DNA of 64,000 nucleotides from positions 33,234,001 through 33,298,000 of the forward strand of contig CM119372.1 of NCBI GenBank assembly GCA_051294905.1, given 5' to 3'. Origin of the DNA: Botryllus schlosseri (taxonomy: Eukaryota). Both the position numbers and the translations under genes were made by a program. This document shows, piece after piece, positions 22,567-33,894 of the stretch. The notes beneath the pieces are model-generated. The model ran no database searches. It saw only the letters and a list, made by a program, of their open reading frames with translations, and was not told the DNA's origin. Numbering within the stretch: position 1 is the first letter of the stretch; each line of letters starts with the position of its first letter.

Positions 22567-24539
22567 TGTATCTTCTCGACTATCTCGGTGATAAGGAGAG
22601 GAGCTGCGAAATTGAAATTTGCTATACATGTTAATGCGCTCAAGCAATCACTGAGTATTGCCACTCTACTGTGGGTATTATTCAGCACCCAAGATAGGGA
22701 ATCTGAAATAGCGATTAGTTCGGCCGGAGAATACTGAAAAATAGGGCGGCAATGAATTTGCAGACGTAGTAATATTTGGAATATGATAAGAGTATCCACA
22801 CCCTGTCGCAGTCTTGGATCCATCTGTGAAAATCTGAGTGTAGCCTTGATATGTAGAGAATATATGATCGAATGATACTGATTTTCTGACATCGGGGGGA
22901 TGTATCTTGCGTATTGAGTGGCACAAAGAAAGGTCCACATTTGATGTTAAAATTGTCCATGGAAGAGTCGTCGAGATTTCGCTTCCACAAATCCGTAGGT
23001 GGTCGATATCAGCAAACCTAGACAGGATATTAACGGTGACGAACCGTCTATTTAGCAGACTGTATGTTTCTTCCCAAGAGCTTTCGAGTATATCATTGGC
23101 CAGATTGTCCTGTAAAGAACAGCAAAATGACCGTGCATGAAAATAACATCATACTATATATGTATAAATATGGGTAGATTTTTATTATTTCGAAGGGACT
23201 TCTGCAGCTGAATTTCTTATTTCTTGAAATAGCCTATGTGGTCGTGTCTTGAAAATTGACGCCTTCGATTTGATATGAACGAGTAGCCTACCGATAATCC
23301 ATTTCCACAAAGGTAGGTTGCTGTTATGTTCGTGCATTTTACGTTGGTATCGTTTGTTTCTTATCTGTCTAGGATTAGTAATTACCGCCAATCATTATTT
23401 CCTCGTGTGTCGTTCTTCGTATTTATACCCTGTGTTCTGTTGTCTCGTGGTCTTTCATTTAACTGCACTCTGGATCGTGTCACTGCCGTAAAGTTATACT
23501 GCTGATAATATACTGATTTCTTATTGCAACCTCGTCGCATTGAGTTATTGTTCAAACAAGATCAAGAGCATAACAGTTGCAGTAAATGTAATATTACCGC
23601 GTGACGACGACCGACGAGACCTTTGAGCAAGATCACAACATATATGGCACCAAAATGGAGAAACAGATTTTTCAATGAAGTAATAACGTCCAGTCTAGTC
23701 ATTTCTATGTATAGCAGCTCATCTTCAAGATATTCTGGAATAGTAGTTATATCACAAGAGAAAATGGTTGCTAAGGTTTTAATCCTTTTTTCGAGACAGA
23801 CTGGAAAAAGCAATATGTTTGTATCAGTAGGCTATTGGCAATTTGGCAATTAAAATGAGTTTACGAAGTAGGGTATTTAATCTCATATACGACCATTCTG
23901 ATGATTTACTCATTGAAGCATTAGCAGTTTTGAAGCGAAACTGCTTCGTGATTTTCCTAATTTAAAAAGTTACAAATTCGTTATCAGTCATTTTGCAAAT
24001 TTAGAGGTTTCGCGGACCCCCTGAAAATGCTTAACTAGCCCCCGGCTGAGAACCACTGAGCTAGATTCTTGGCATTGGCCGTTCTCGGTAATGTCCATTC
24101 TCGGTAATGTTCATTCTCGGTGCAGCAATTAACGGTTCATTGTATCTGGTGATCTGTATAAAAGTATAGCTAACCAATCGCATTGGTGCTCGGCTATACA
24201 ATACTTATCTGGAGATAGCCTGTTGCTGTTGGTGAGGTTCTTCGTAACAGATATATATATTCTCAATACAATGGTTTATTCAGAACGTTGCCGTAGTTTG
24301 CGTATAGAGTCTCATAATCAAAGTAATCTCTAACACGTGTTACATACACTTTTATACGAGTCCATAGCTCAGTGGTCTCGAGTCATCACAAGAAGTAGTT
24401 TCTTATGCGAGACTATAGAGTATGTCATACTCTATAGGGAGACACAACAGAATATCATGGACGTATGAACACAGCGGAATAGCTGAGTCTCATCTTGAAA
24501 GTGACTTAAGTAAGACTAATTAAGGAAAAGCCATTAGAT

Positions 24540-25401
24540 CAGTGGTCGGGAACCTATGGTTCGCGAGCCATATATTGCTCTTTTGGGTATAAGATATGGC
24601 TCTTTGCCAAATTTTAGTTTGTACTGAATTGATCAATATTGCAGCGACTTGTTGGTAAATTTTCATCACGACCAGGATAATTATTCTCGTAGCGTAATAG
24701 ACATGTCTTTGAGAGGTACAGACAATGACGTCTTCAGGTTTATGGGGTCGGACCCACCTCTTTTAATCATTATATGTACCCGACTCGAAATCTTGAATTG
24801 GGCGATACGTTGATAAAAATCAAAGAGCATAGCAGACATGGCAACGCAGTTTTCAAATACACACTGTCTTCCTGATCTACGGCGCGAAATGAACTGCTGT
24901 GGATGTGACATTCACAATTACAAACTCGAATTACAGACAACGCCATAGCTATAATCCACGTTGATTGGTAAGCTCTGTGTAGTGCCGGCGATAAAATGTA
25001 GGTGTGTAGCGCAATGTTATGTTACCGCCGAATACTTCGTTTATAATTGAGAACTATCTAGATTTTCGGAATAGGTGTGATAGTCATATTCTATAAATAT
25101 CAGTTATTATAAATATCAAGCTACTTTCGAATTGCGTTATCAATGGTGAGGCTTGACCCGTCTGCGCCTTACCTCTCGTTTCGAGCTATATTTCGAACAA
25201 TAAATACCTGTCCTTACAGAGAAAATATGGCGCACATGACACGAGGAATCCCATGTAGTAAGTTCGAATTGGTGCTGCGATGACGTCACGAATTTTCAAT
25301 TGTGACGTAACAGTTGATTGGAATGTATGGCTCTTTGGGAGTTGAGATGGAAAAAATAGGGCCAATATGGCTCTTCGGCCAAAAAAGGTTCCCGACCTCT
25401 G
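24540..25401. mobile_element. hAT-type MITE (CAGTGGTCGGGAACC family)
   Basis: TIR CAG(T/A)GGTCGGGAACC; perfect TSD CATTAGAT (24532-24539, 25402-25409); paralog 44379-47388. Confidence 0.9.
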
Positions 25402-25552
25402 CATTAGATAATACGACCATGAATGACAATAATAATTTACTATGTCGAGTACAAATTTGGTACAGAAAGGTGATGTCCATCTCGGTATTAGCATTCCCGG
25501 TAATAGTATGGAACCATATAGGACACTGATTAAACATATGTGTATTGTATTA

Positions 25553-25766
25553 CAGAGGTGGTCAAAGTAGTCACCGTGGCTACTCAAGTAGAAGTAGAAG
25601 TAATGCCGGAATTTCATTCTACGCTTATTTTTGTCTAGAAAACTGAAAACTGTCAAGTAGAAGTAGAAGTAGTCTAAAATCATAACTATTTAAAAAGTAG
25701 TTTGAGTAGGCAAAATCTACTTCAAGTACTTCAAAAAGTAGAAGTACTTCGTTACTGACCACCTCT
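25553..25766. mobile_element. Short MITE of the AGTAGAAGT family
   Basis: CAGAGGTGGTCA...TGACCACCTCT termini shared with 31000-33223 and 57625-58878. Confidence 0.7.
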
Positions 25767-26406
25767 ATCAGTGTTGGGATGACTCAAGTCACCCTTTTTG
25801 TATGAAATGACTTGACTTAACTTGACTCGATTACGCTTCAGAAATGTGGATCATGTCGTGACTCGAAGCAAAATTTCCGAGTCAATTTCAAGTCAGCAAG
25901 TAATCGATGTCGACTTAATCGCAGAGTATCTTGTATAAATACGGATTGTTATTAACGATGCGCTGGTGGGCGGGCGGGCGGACCCGTAGGTATACTATAA
26001 TTATAGATAACTAACCTACGTAGGTTAGTTATCTATACTATAATGACTTCATCACGCGGTGTTATTTCGGGACCTCCTGTCTACTATATCATACTATATC
26101 AAAAGATAGTGAAATCGCCTAAACGTACAGAAAAATTGCTATTTATTCACTGGCGATTAATTTGACCATGTTGATGGCATGTACATTTTGGGGTTCAGAT
26201 TGGCAGGACAGGAACATTCGGCGCCAGCCATCTAGGGACCTATGGACATATTATACATGTATCTATAGATCGAAGTTTTCGGGCAGTCCTATTCGGTCAA
26301 GGTTTAATCGATGCCGATGGTTCTGGCACACTTCCTGGGGTCACATGTTACAGCTGGTCTGAAACTTTATATGTCTTGGTACGTCAAGTCGCGGTAATGG
26401 CCGACG

Positions 26407-26745
26407 CCGATCAAGATAGCGTAATGGTTAAGCGTCCGGCTTCTTGATCGGTAGGTCGTGGGTTCGATTTCCGGCCGGGTCAGACCAAAGACCTGATTAG
26501 TGATTAGTAACACTGGTATCCATGGCTTCCCTGCTTGACGCTCATGCATTACTGGGATAGCATGGAGGGGTGGTGCACGACTTAGAAAGCCGTAAAGGCT
26601 ATATCTGCACTTCCTTGTCCAGCGGCATATGCACATCATGCACTCATGGTATGCATATGCGCAGATCGTGTGTATGTATATCATGAGTCGGTGTATATGC
26701 CGCAAAAACATCAAGGACAAAAATAAACTACGTCCTTTCCTTTCC
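26407..26745 (+). mobile_element. tRNA-derived SINE with Meta/MESC-like central domain and (CCTTT)n tail
   Basis: A box TAGCGTAATGG, B box GGTTCGATTTC, then GGTCAGACCAAAGAC...TGGTATCCATGGCTTCCCTGCTTGACGCTCA; absent from the paralogous host repeat near 43320-43345. Confidence 0.75.
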
Positions 26746-26979
26746 GAAACGCCCATTTTTTATAAATCATTCGTATTTTTTTTCTTGGAGGAAGGTACCC
26801 AATACCCAAGATATATCGAAAGGTTGATTCAAGCGCAGCGCGAAAATATTTTGAAAAGTTGCATAAATTTCCGAAAAAATACTCTATAATTTATGTTAAT
26901 TCACGAAATTCACGAATTTTGGGCCCCCTCCGAGCTCGCCCCCTCCCCCCAATTGGCGGGTTTGGGGTGCGGCAGTTAC

Positions 26980-27243
26980 GATCCTTATCTCGCCTTCCGT
27001 GACTACGTGCCACCCCATTTTTGTCACTTGCTTTTTCTATACTATCTTCTTTTACTTTTCATTCAGTGTGCAATGTGCATGCCTCCTCTTTACATCGTTT
27101 AGCTAGGCCAAGGTGGGTGTCCGATTTCAAAGACTACTCCAATTCGTTTCGATACCTTTCTATCTTTTCATTGTATCGCAAAAATGATGATTTGTGGTGT
27201 ATTGAACTGATGAAAGTTGCTAATAAACCGAACTGAACTGAAC
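26980..27243 (+). mobile_element. 3' UTR of CR1/L2-group LINE
   Basis: Aligns to 17990-18220; AATAAA then (GAACT)n tail. Confidence 0.7.
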
Positions 27244-27944
27244 ATTGGCCAGATTGACCGTGAATGCAGGATATGGCAACAACGTTTGTGTTTGAGCTCC
27301 CCTGTCACGGGTTCTTGAGATCGGAAAACAACAAAACGTTCTTCCCTCTTCAGCTTGCATGCTTCGTATCGTTGTTGACTTGACTTGACATGCGGTCGTT
27401 GTGGCTTGTGGCAAATACTTATTGCACGATTGTGTCGAATCGTGGCTGTGTAATGTGCATCTATACGGAAGCGAAGGATAACGATCACATGCAGTAAGTG
27501 GCGATGATAACAAGTGAACAGTCCTTTTTACAGTTTCGACTGTCCACTGTCCAGTGTATATAGATACTTTGCATTGCAATTGCATTGCATTGCATGCAGG
27601 CAGAGGCAGGCAGAGCGTGATCGCCTGATCGATACTGCTCAATGTTCTGTTCGTATAAAATTTCAGGTTTGAAGTTTAACTCTAGCATTTGTTAGAGTAC
27701 TGCCCAGTGCCCATATTCTGTACGCTTCGTCAACTAGCTATATATATATATTTCTTATTTTAAGCAACACTTGACTGCCAGTGTTTACCCAAAGTTTCGT
27801 CGAAGGCCTGATCATGTTTTATGCCTAATGTAAAGTGTAAATTGCGAGCATTTGATAGCTCATTTCAAAAATCTTCAGTAAAAATATTTTTTCAAATGGC
27901 TGCGCCTTTCTTGCTTGAGAACATACCATAATTTGCAGAGAGCA

Positions 27945-28302
27945 GCAAGGCTATAATGTCTCGAGTCATGACTGTACTCAAGTCGTAATTTTTTGTCGTA
28001 TTGAGTCACTTTGTGTATTGACACGACTTGTACTCGAGTCAAATACGCATGACTCGAGAGATTTGATATGACTTTCAGTCTCGTCGAGGCATTCAATATC
28101 ACCCAAAAGTGAGTTTAACCTGACTTTAACACGATAATGAACACGCTCGAGTCTCAACACTATGACTCATATTGGACCCTTTGCTCCATGACTTGGACTT
28201 GAATTGGTTGTGAATTGAAAATGACCGGACTTGACTCTAGTGAAAACTACAAACGCAAGATTGACTTCTGAGTCGGAACCTTGTGACTTGGTTACAGCCC
28301 TG
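27945..28302. mobile_element. Degraded GACTCGAGTC-family MITE 200 bp upstream of PLBD1
   Basis: Right end TGTGACTTGGTTACAGCCCTG matches the family TIR; TSD not recognisable. Confidence 0.55.
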
Positions 28303-28452
28303 TAAGAGTGGAAGTTCCAGCATTAGTTTGGCAAAAATAGGCAGATGAAATGATGGATGGAATGAAGAAACGATCAGAAATGGTATCACTATGAATATGC
28401 TGTGCTAATGAGCAATTCTTGTATATGGTTTTGAAAAACACCTTATTCGACC

Positions 28453-28467
28453 GTTCCATTTTTTCAG
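28453..28467 (+). promoter_or_regulatory. Candidate splice acceptor in the 5' UTR of PLBD1
   Basis: Polypyrimidine tract TTCCATTTTTTCAG ending 34 nt before the ATG; CTAAT branch-like motif near 28405. Confidence 0.5.
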
Positions 28468-28501
28468 AAATTTTTGTAATCATAAGCACAAGCCATATAA
28501 T

Positions 28502-30094
28502 ATGCATTTGGTCTTATTACTGCTGGTGACTGTTGCCGGCTCATTTGCATCAGCCATAGATGGGTCAGTATTTCTGATGGACGGTCAATATCATTTTAAA
28601 CAAGGTCGAGTGAACGGGGCTATTGCCTACGGCGTTTACAATGACAGCATCCAAGAAACAGGCTGGGGTGTGCTGGATATCAAAGCTACTTCGGTAGGCG
28701 GAAAGTACACTGGAGACCAGATAATGTACGCTTCTGGTATGTTGGAAGGCGCATTGACGTCTGTAAGGATTTACCAGCAATACCAAAACTTGCGTGGGTT
28801 TCTGTACGATCGTAGGCCCAGTAACACCTATGAAAAGACATGTCAATTTTTTGAAGACCAGGAAGTTTGGATGCGCAGCATGATCGCAAGTCACCCTAAC
28901 GATAAATTTTGGAAATCCGTCGGATTCATGGATAGTCAGCTCAAAGGTCTTTACGCCGGATATAACCTCACAGGGACCCACTCAATGGAGATGTGCAAGT
29001 TCCAAATTCTCAGCGGTACCGGCGACATGATCGACCTGTTGAATGTATTCAAACGAAGGAATTTAAGAAGTTTTCTTGAAATGCTGCGAATTAATTTACG
29101 AGACTTTGAGCAGCGAAATGGCCATTGCTCGGCGCTCGTGAAAATCACGCCAGGATACGAAAATATTTTCATGGGCCATTCCAGTTGGTTTATATACAGC
29201 GCAATGCTGCGAATATACAAACACTACGACGTACGAGTGTTTGGTGATGATGATGTAACTACAAAGTCATCATTCTCAAGTTACCCTGGATTTCTCAATT
29301 CCTTGGATGATTTTTATGTGCTCGGCAGTGAAATGGTGATGCTTCAAACCACCAACAATATCTTCAACACTTCTCTTTACGACTTAGTCGTACCGCAATC
29401 GGTTCCTGCTTGGTACCGCGTACGTGTCGCGAATCTGCTCGCCAAAGATGGTCAAGAATGGGGCGATATTATCAAGAAACATAATTCCGGCACATATAAC
29501 AACCAGTACATGGTTATAGACCTGAAAAAATTCCATCCCAACGTGGGGCTGGACAATGGAGCTCTCTATGTCGTCGAACAAATACCTGGATTAGTCGAGT
29601 CACATGATCAAACTGCAATACTCCGAGAAGGATATTGGGCGTCATACAATGTCCCGTTTTATGAGGACATATTCAGGATTAGCGGTTATAAGGCAGTTTC
29701 GCAAAGCGACCCACAGCAAACGCATGCTTTAGCTCCGCGGGCTGAAATATTCAGACGCGATCAAAGCACGGTTATTGATATCGAAACCATGAAGCAGATC
29801 ATGCGTTATAACAATTATAAAACAGATAAATACTCCTACTCAGATTCGTGCAACTCCATTTGCTGCCGGGCCGATTTGAAATCTTCTGGTGCCTCGCTGT
29901 CCGGGTGTTATGACTCGAAGGTGACTGATTATTACCACGCGATGAACTTCACTTCTCAAGCCGTCAGCGGCCCTACTGTCGGTGGGCAAAGTCAAATTCC
30001 CGCATTTGTATGGAAAAGCGATATGCCCTACCACGATGGCATGCCAGATGTGTACAACTTCCCTTTTGTTACCATGTCGCCTAAGCAATTATAA
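28502..30094 (+). CDS. PLBD1: Phospholipase B-like 1 (lysosomal Ntn-hydrolase), 530 aa, uninterrupted CDS
   Basis: Hydrophobic signal peptide; TGWGVLDI, GHCSALVK (nucleophile Cys209), HSSWFIYSAMLRIYKHY, FSSYPGFLNSLDDFY, NSGTYNNQYM, VEQIPG, GYWASYNVPF, PRAEIFRRDQ, MRYNNY, ICCRADL, GCYDSKV, all typical of PLBD1. Confidence 0.93.
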   Translation: MHLVLLLLVTVAGSFASAIDGSVFLMDGQYHFKQGRVNGAIAYGVYNDSIQETGWGVLDIKATSVGGKYTGDQIMYASGMLEGALTSVRIYQQYQNLRGFLYDRRPSNTYEKTCQFFEDQEVWMRSMIASHPNDKFWKSVGFMDSQLKGLYAGYNLTGTHSMEMCKFQILSGTGDMIDLLNVFKRRNLRSFLEMLRINLRDFEQRNGHCSALVKITPGYENIFMGHSSWFIYSAMLRIYKHYDVRVFGDDDVTTKSSFSSYPGFLNSLDDFYVLGSEMVMLQTTNNIFNTSLYDLVVPQSVPAWYRVRVANLLAKDGQEWGDIIKKHNSGTYNNQYMVIDLKKFHPNVGLDNGALYVVEQIPGLVESHDQTAILREGYWASYNVPFYEDIFRISGYKAVSQSDPQQTHALAPRAEIFRRDQSTVIDIETMKQIMRYNNYKTDKYSYSDSCNSICCRADLKSSGASLSGCYDSKVTDYYHAMNFTSQAVSGPTVGGQSQIPAFVWKSDMPYHDGMPDVYNFPFVTMSPKQL

Positions 30095-30308
30095 TTTCCC
30101 TTCTGTACTACCAATGAAATTTATTACCTTGTTATATTGCCTGTGTAACTGTCAATTCTTCACTGAGCAGTGAGCATTACCTGTTTAGGTGCCTCATGAC
30201 ATTCCGACTATGTGAATATCTGAATCAACAATATTGTATTATGTGATGAACTTCGTATCAAACTATTCATATATACATGTCTTATTTGCTTCGATTTTGC
30301 CACATAAC

Positions 30309-30314
30309 AATAAA
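30309..30314 (+). terminator. Candidate polyadenylation signal of PLBD1
   Basis: AATAAA about 215 nt after the stop codon. Confidence 0.5.
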
Positions 30315-30999
30315 CATATCATGGATGCAAAATTGAGTTTGAATGAGAATTTATTATAAGGAGTTGCTATGGTGATTATCTGTCAGAGGGGTTTAATAAC
30401 GAAGTAGACTATTTCTACTTTTCCAGAAGTCCAATTCTTACTTTATTTGTGATTCGTATGCAGGGTTCTGATAAACTTTTCAACGACATTGGATGCTGAT
30501 ACAATTGTTCATGAAATGTGATGAGTTACTGGCCTTCTTCAGAGATTGCCAAGCACAAAAACCCGAATATGCTAATTAACTGGTGACGAAATACCTAAAT
30601 GAGTGTAATCCCCCCAATCAGTGATGAACTTAAATCACTGCTTTTTAGTGGCAAGTTATTTCGAGTCGTAGTCAATTTTGACCGGAGTCAAAACGAATGA
30701 AATCAAAAATTTCACACAAATTTATCAGAGAGACTCGAGGTGATTCGAGTTGTCGCATGTTTTCCGTTTTCGAGTCAGTTTCAATTCACCGAAAATTTAT
30801 TACATTTTGACCAAGTCAATGCGGCATTGAACAGAGAAGGCGTTTCTTGGTTGAAGTATTGTTTCACACCGAACATAGTTGATGCTTGTAAGCAAGAATG
30901 AATTACGACGTTGTAACTCGGGACAAACCAGCGTATGAATTAAATTGTGTGTATTAAACACTACATTTTGAAGAGACTCCCACAACTATGCATTATACA

Positions 31000-33223
31000 C
31001 AGACGTGGTCAAAGTAGTCAAGAAGGCTTCTCAAGTAGAAGTAGAAGTAGTGACGAAAAAATCTACTCAAGTAGGGGTAGAAGTACTTCTTTCCTAGGCA
31101 ACCTAAAACTACTTGAAGTAGAAGTAGAATTGACGGACTTTAAATCTACTCAAGTAAGTAAGTAGTTGTGAAAACGATCGTAATTCGTTCGCATGGACTG
31201 TCAAAAGCTGCAAATGGCGCTATGCGGAAAGTGTAGAGAGCTTGATTCATATTGATGCATCCCAGGAGGTGTCAATTTTTGACAGAATAAGCAGTCGTCC
31301 ACATCATGGCATGTAAATGATAGTATTGATATGGAAATCCGATACTAGGGTAGAGTGGGGCAACGCGTCTACCCTAAGCGGGAAACGTCATAATATCCAC
31401 CAAACTAGTCAAAACGAATTGAATTTCGGAATTTGCACGCGAGATATCGTCCCCACTGTACCATAATCATCTGGAAAGTCCAAGTATCAATTATCATATG
31501 TAAAATTATCATTCATTCATGTCCATCAATTTGACGTTCTGCTACATGGGTGGGGTAAAACGCCTCCATTTGCGTTTCACCCCGTTATACCCTACTAAAT
31601 ACCTCATGGCACTCAGTAACCGATGAATATTTAATCCATATACATACCTATATAAGCTTCTCCGCCTCATCATGGCGCATCTATTCTTTTGAAAACAAAT
31701 TCCATCCAGAAATCTAACTGATTATAATAAGTCAAAAAACAAAGTCGGAATTTCTTGAAATGTATCTTGTTTAGTCAGAGGGATAGCCAATATTTGCCAG
31801 CCGAATAGCAATTTCAATAGAAATGGCGTTCTCCAAGAAGGCATTCTTGAGGAACCCATATTTACTGGACTTTAAGGGGTGGGGCGTTTTACCCCACGGT
31901 AGGGGTAGGCGTTTTAGCCTCGAGGTAGCCATTGTGTGCCGACTAGCTACCAGGCGGTTATTATGTGAATTCGCCTCTGGACTGTGGCTTAAATCCAACT
32001 ACGCGCTGGTAAATCATAAATAAGACCGGAAAACTATCTGCAGCATCCGTTAAATATGACATTTCACTTGATTGTAAAAGGCTCTCTTTTGGTAAGAATA
32101 TGTGTTAAAGTCATAAATTCTCATAAAACGTTACAAATCTTCATAAGGGCGTGGAAATCAAAGTGGCAGTTTCGTCTGACCATTAGGCGATATTTGCAAT
32201 ACTGTGACGCATTCTAAGCTAGCTTTGTTCTAATATATTGATGGTAGGCGTTTTACCTCGCCGGTGCGTCTTACCCCACTCTACCCTAATCCTTTGTTTA
32301 CTCGAACACCCCGTTTTAGAAAATATCATGGCATGGCGCCCTCCCCCATGTTATAAGGCCCCTAGTTTAGTCAGAGAGCAATACGGAGAAGTTGTGTCGC
32401 ATACGGCTTTAACACTTTGCGCGATTAATATACGTTAATTAAAAATATGGCAGATCGTAAAAATGCCATATACTGTATAACTTTTTTTCGGAAAATATAA
32501 GGCTTTGCTACACTTGCTTTTATACTTTACCATGTATGTTCTCCAGAGAAAAGAATTGAAACTATAATTAGAACTCAACGTATAATACTCGTAAAGGAAA
32601 GAAAAATACAGGCTACTACTTCTAAAAAGCGGAAAATATATTTCATGACTTTTGTCCAGAAAGTTTCAACGGTGGTATGCTAAAACTGGTCTAACATTAA
32701 ATAAAGTCAAAATCCACTTTTCCGGTTTAGGACACGTCATGGGCTGCTAGGTATAATAGGTAATTGCTAGATTGCGAAATGGTAGTTCCAAACGTTATGG
32801 GAGCCATATTTACTGTGATCAAATATTTGATACTGGCGACAATGCGGTGTGAACGGAACGACGCAACCCGGTATCTAAATTATATTCAGCGATACTTTCG
32901 CTAAAACATATTAGTCGCTCCATATCTACTGTGCGCGAAGCGAAACGAAAATTCTGGGTATTACATGACTTTTATGAAAATTGAATGTTGGTGCTGCGTG
33001 AAAACAGCCCCGAAATTCCTTAGGCTATCTTTTTATTGGGGATTAAACCATACTTCTACTTGACAAACTGAAAGTGGCGAAAAGTAAGTAAGTAGTTCAC
33101 AAAATATTACGAAGTAGAAGTAGAAGTGACGAAAAAAGATCTACTTGAGTAAGTACCAGAAGTAGAGGAAAACTACTTGAGTACTTCGGAAAAGTAGAAG
33201 TACTTCGTTACTGACCACCTCTG
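31000..33223 (+). mobile_element. Non-autonomous hAT element, AGTAGAAGT family, with nested insert
   Basis: TIR CAGA(C/G)GTGGTCA; perfect TSD ATTATACA (30992-30999, 33224-33231); colinear with 57625-58878. Confidence 0.92.
31348..32286. mobile_element. Tc1/mariner-pogo-type non-autonomous element
   Basis: TIR GGGTAGAGTGGGG; TA duplication; empty site GATACTAACCCTTTG in the paralog near 57966. Confidence 0.85.
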
Positions 33224-33521
33224 ATTATACAACTATCACATGCATTATTGAAAGGGTATTACGAAGTTGCACAAAGCACAGTGCACCTACACACTGATAA
33301 CGATATCAAAGGTTGCTGTATGGACTGTGGACCCCAAACGAATATTCCGCAACTGAAATGATATATTGAAAAAAATATAGCAAACATATTCGAGTTCATA
33401 GAATGGATTATTGTGTTCAATATCAGAACTAATCCATTTCATGACAAATGGACGTAACTCATCTGTTGAATTACATAAATGTGAACGTTTTCTTTCTAAA
33501 TGTTTTCTTTTTGTGGTATTC

Positions 33522-33702
33522 ATGGTGTCAGTCGACTACAATGGTCATCTACACCAGGCAAATAATTCTTATGTTTTGATTCCGTAGCTGCCGACTTGTG
33601 GCCCGGCCCACTTCCAGGAATTCTGGAGTCGACCCCTGTCGGACTCGAACCCGCAACCCATTGATGTTGCAGCTGAGCATTATACCACTGCGGTATCTCG
33701 CC
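33522..33702 (-). mobile_element. tRNA-derived SINE family B (internally deleted copy)
   Basis: Minus strand GGCGAGATACCGCAGTGGTATAA...CTGCAAC...GGTTCGAGTCC head, then body and tail shared with 3990-4118 and 40300-40515. Confidence 0.75.
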
Positions 33703-33894
33703 ACATCTTTCTAAATGCTAACCTATTATGGGAAAACTTGGCTAATTGAAGTTTGTTAGTTTGCTAATTTAAGGCACGAATTTGATTCACTTGGTAGGTT
33801 AATTAGAATTCTTTGAATTCGTTTCTCATTACAGCGTGTTCCATGAATGGGATTTCCAAATAACCTAAAAAATTCGGATGGTTTTGGCATAGGA

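Larger units (their letters stand above)
19310..23112 (-). mobile_element. Second, different 5'-truncated I-group LINE (RNase H + CCHC + 3' UTR), interrupted at 20100-22566
   Basis: IFTDGSKT (22800-22840), AELIAI...LSDCLSAL (22560-22740), WIPAHCGIQHNEIAD and CKQC...H...C (19633-20094), stop 19535, (ACGTTT)n tail. Confidence 0.9.
16493..24058 (+). mobile_element. Non-autonomous hAT element expanded to 7.6 kb by nested insertions
   Basis: TIR CAGTGGTTCTCA; perfect 8-bp TSD AGCTAGAT (16485-16492, 24059-24066); paralog lacking these inserts at 2448-3849. Confidence 0.9.
16237..24122. repeat. Outer non-autonomous element with inverted tandem ~16-mer CGAGAATGGACATTAC subterminal arrays
   Basis: About 7 units at 16247-16365; reverse-complement units GTAATGTCCATTCTCG at 24080-24120; host of the hAT element 16493-24058. 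Confidence 0.6.

Noticed and set aside
33630..33702. tRNA-Cys(GCA) gene; likewise tRNA-like heads at 26410-26478 and 34520-34590
   Set aside because: Acceptor and anticodon stems pair poorly and each runs into a SINE-like body.
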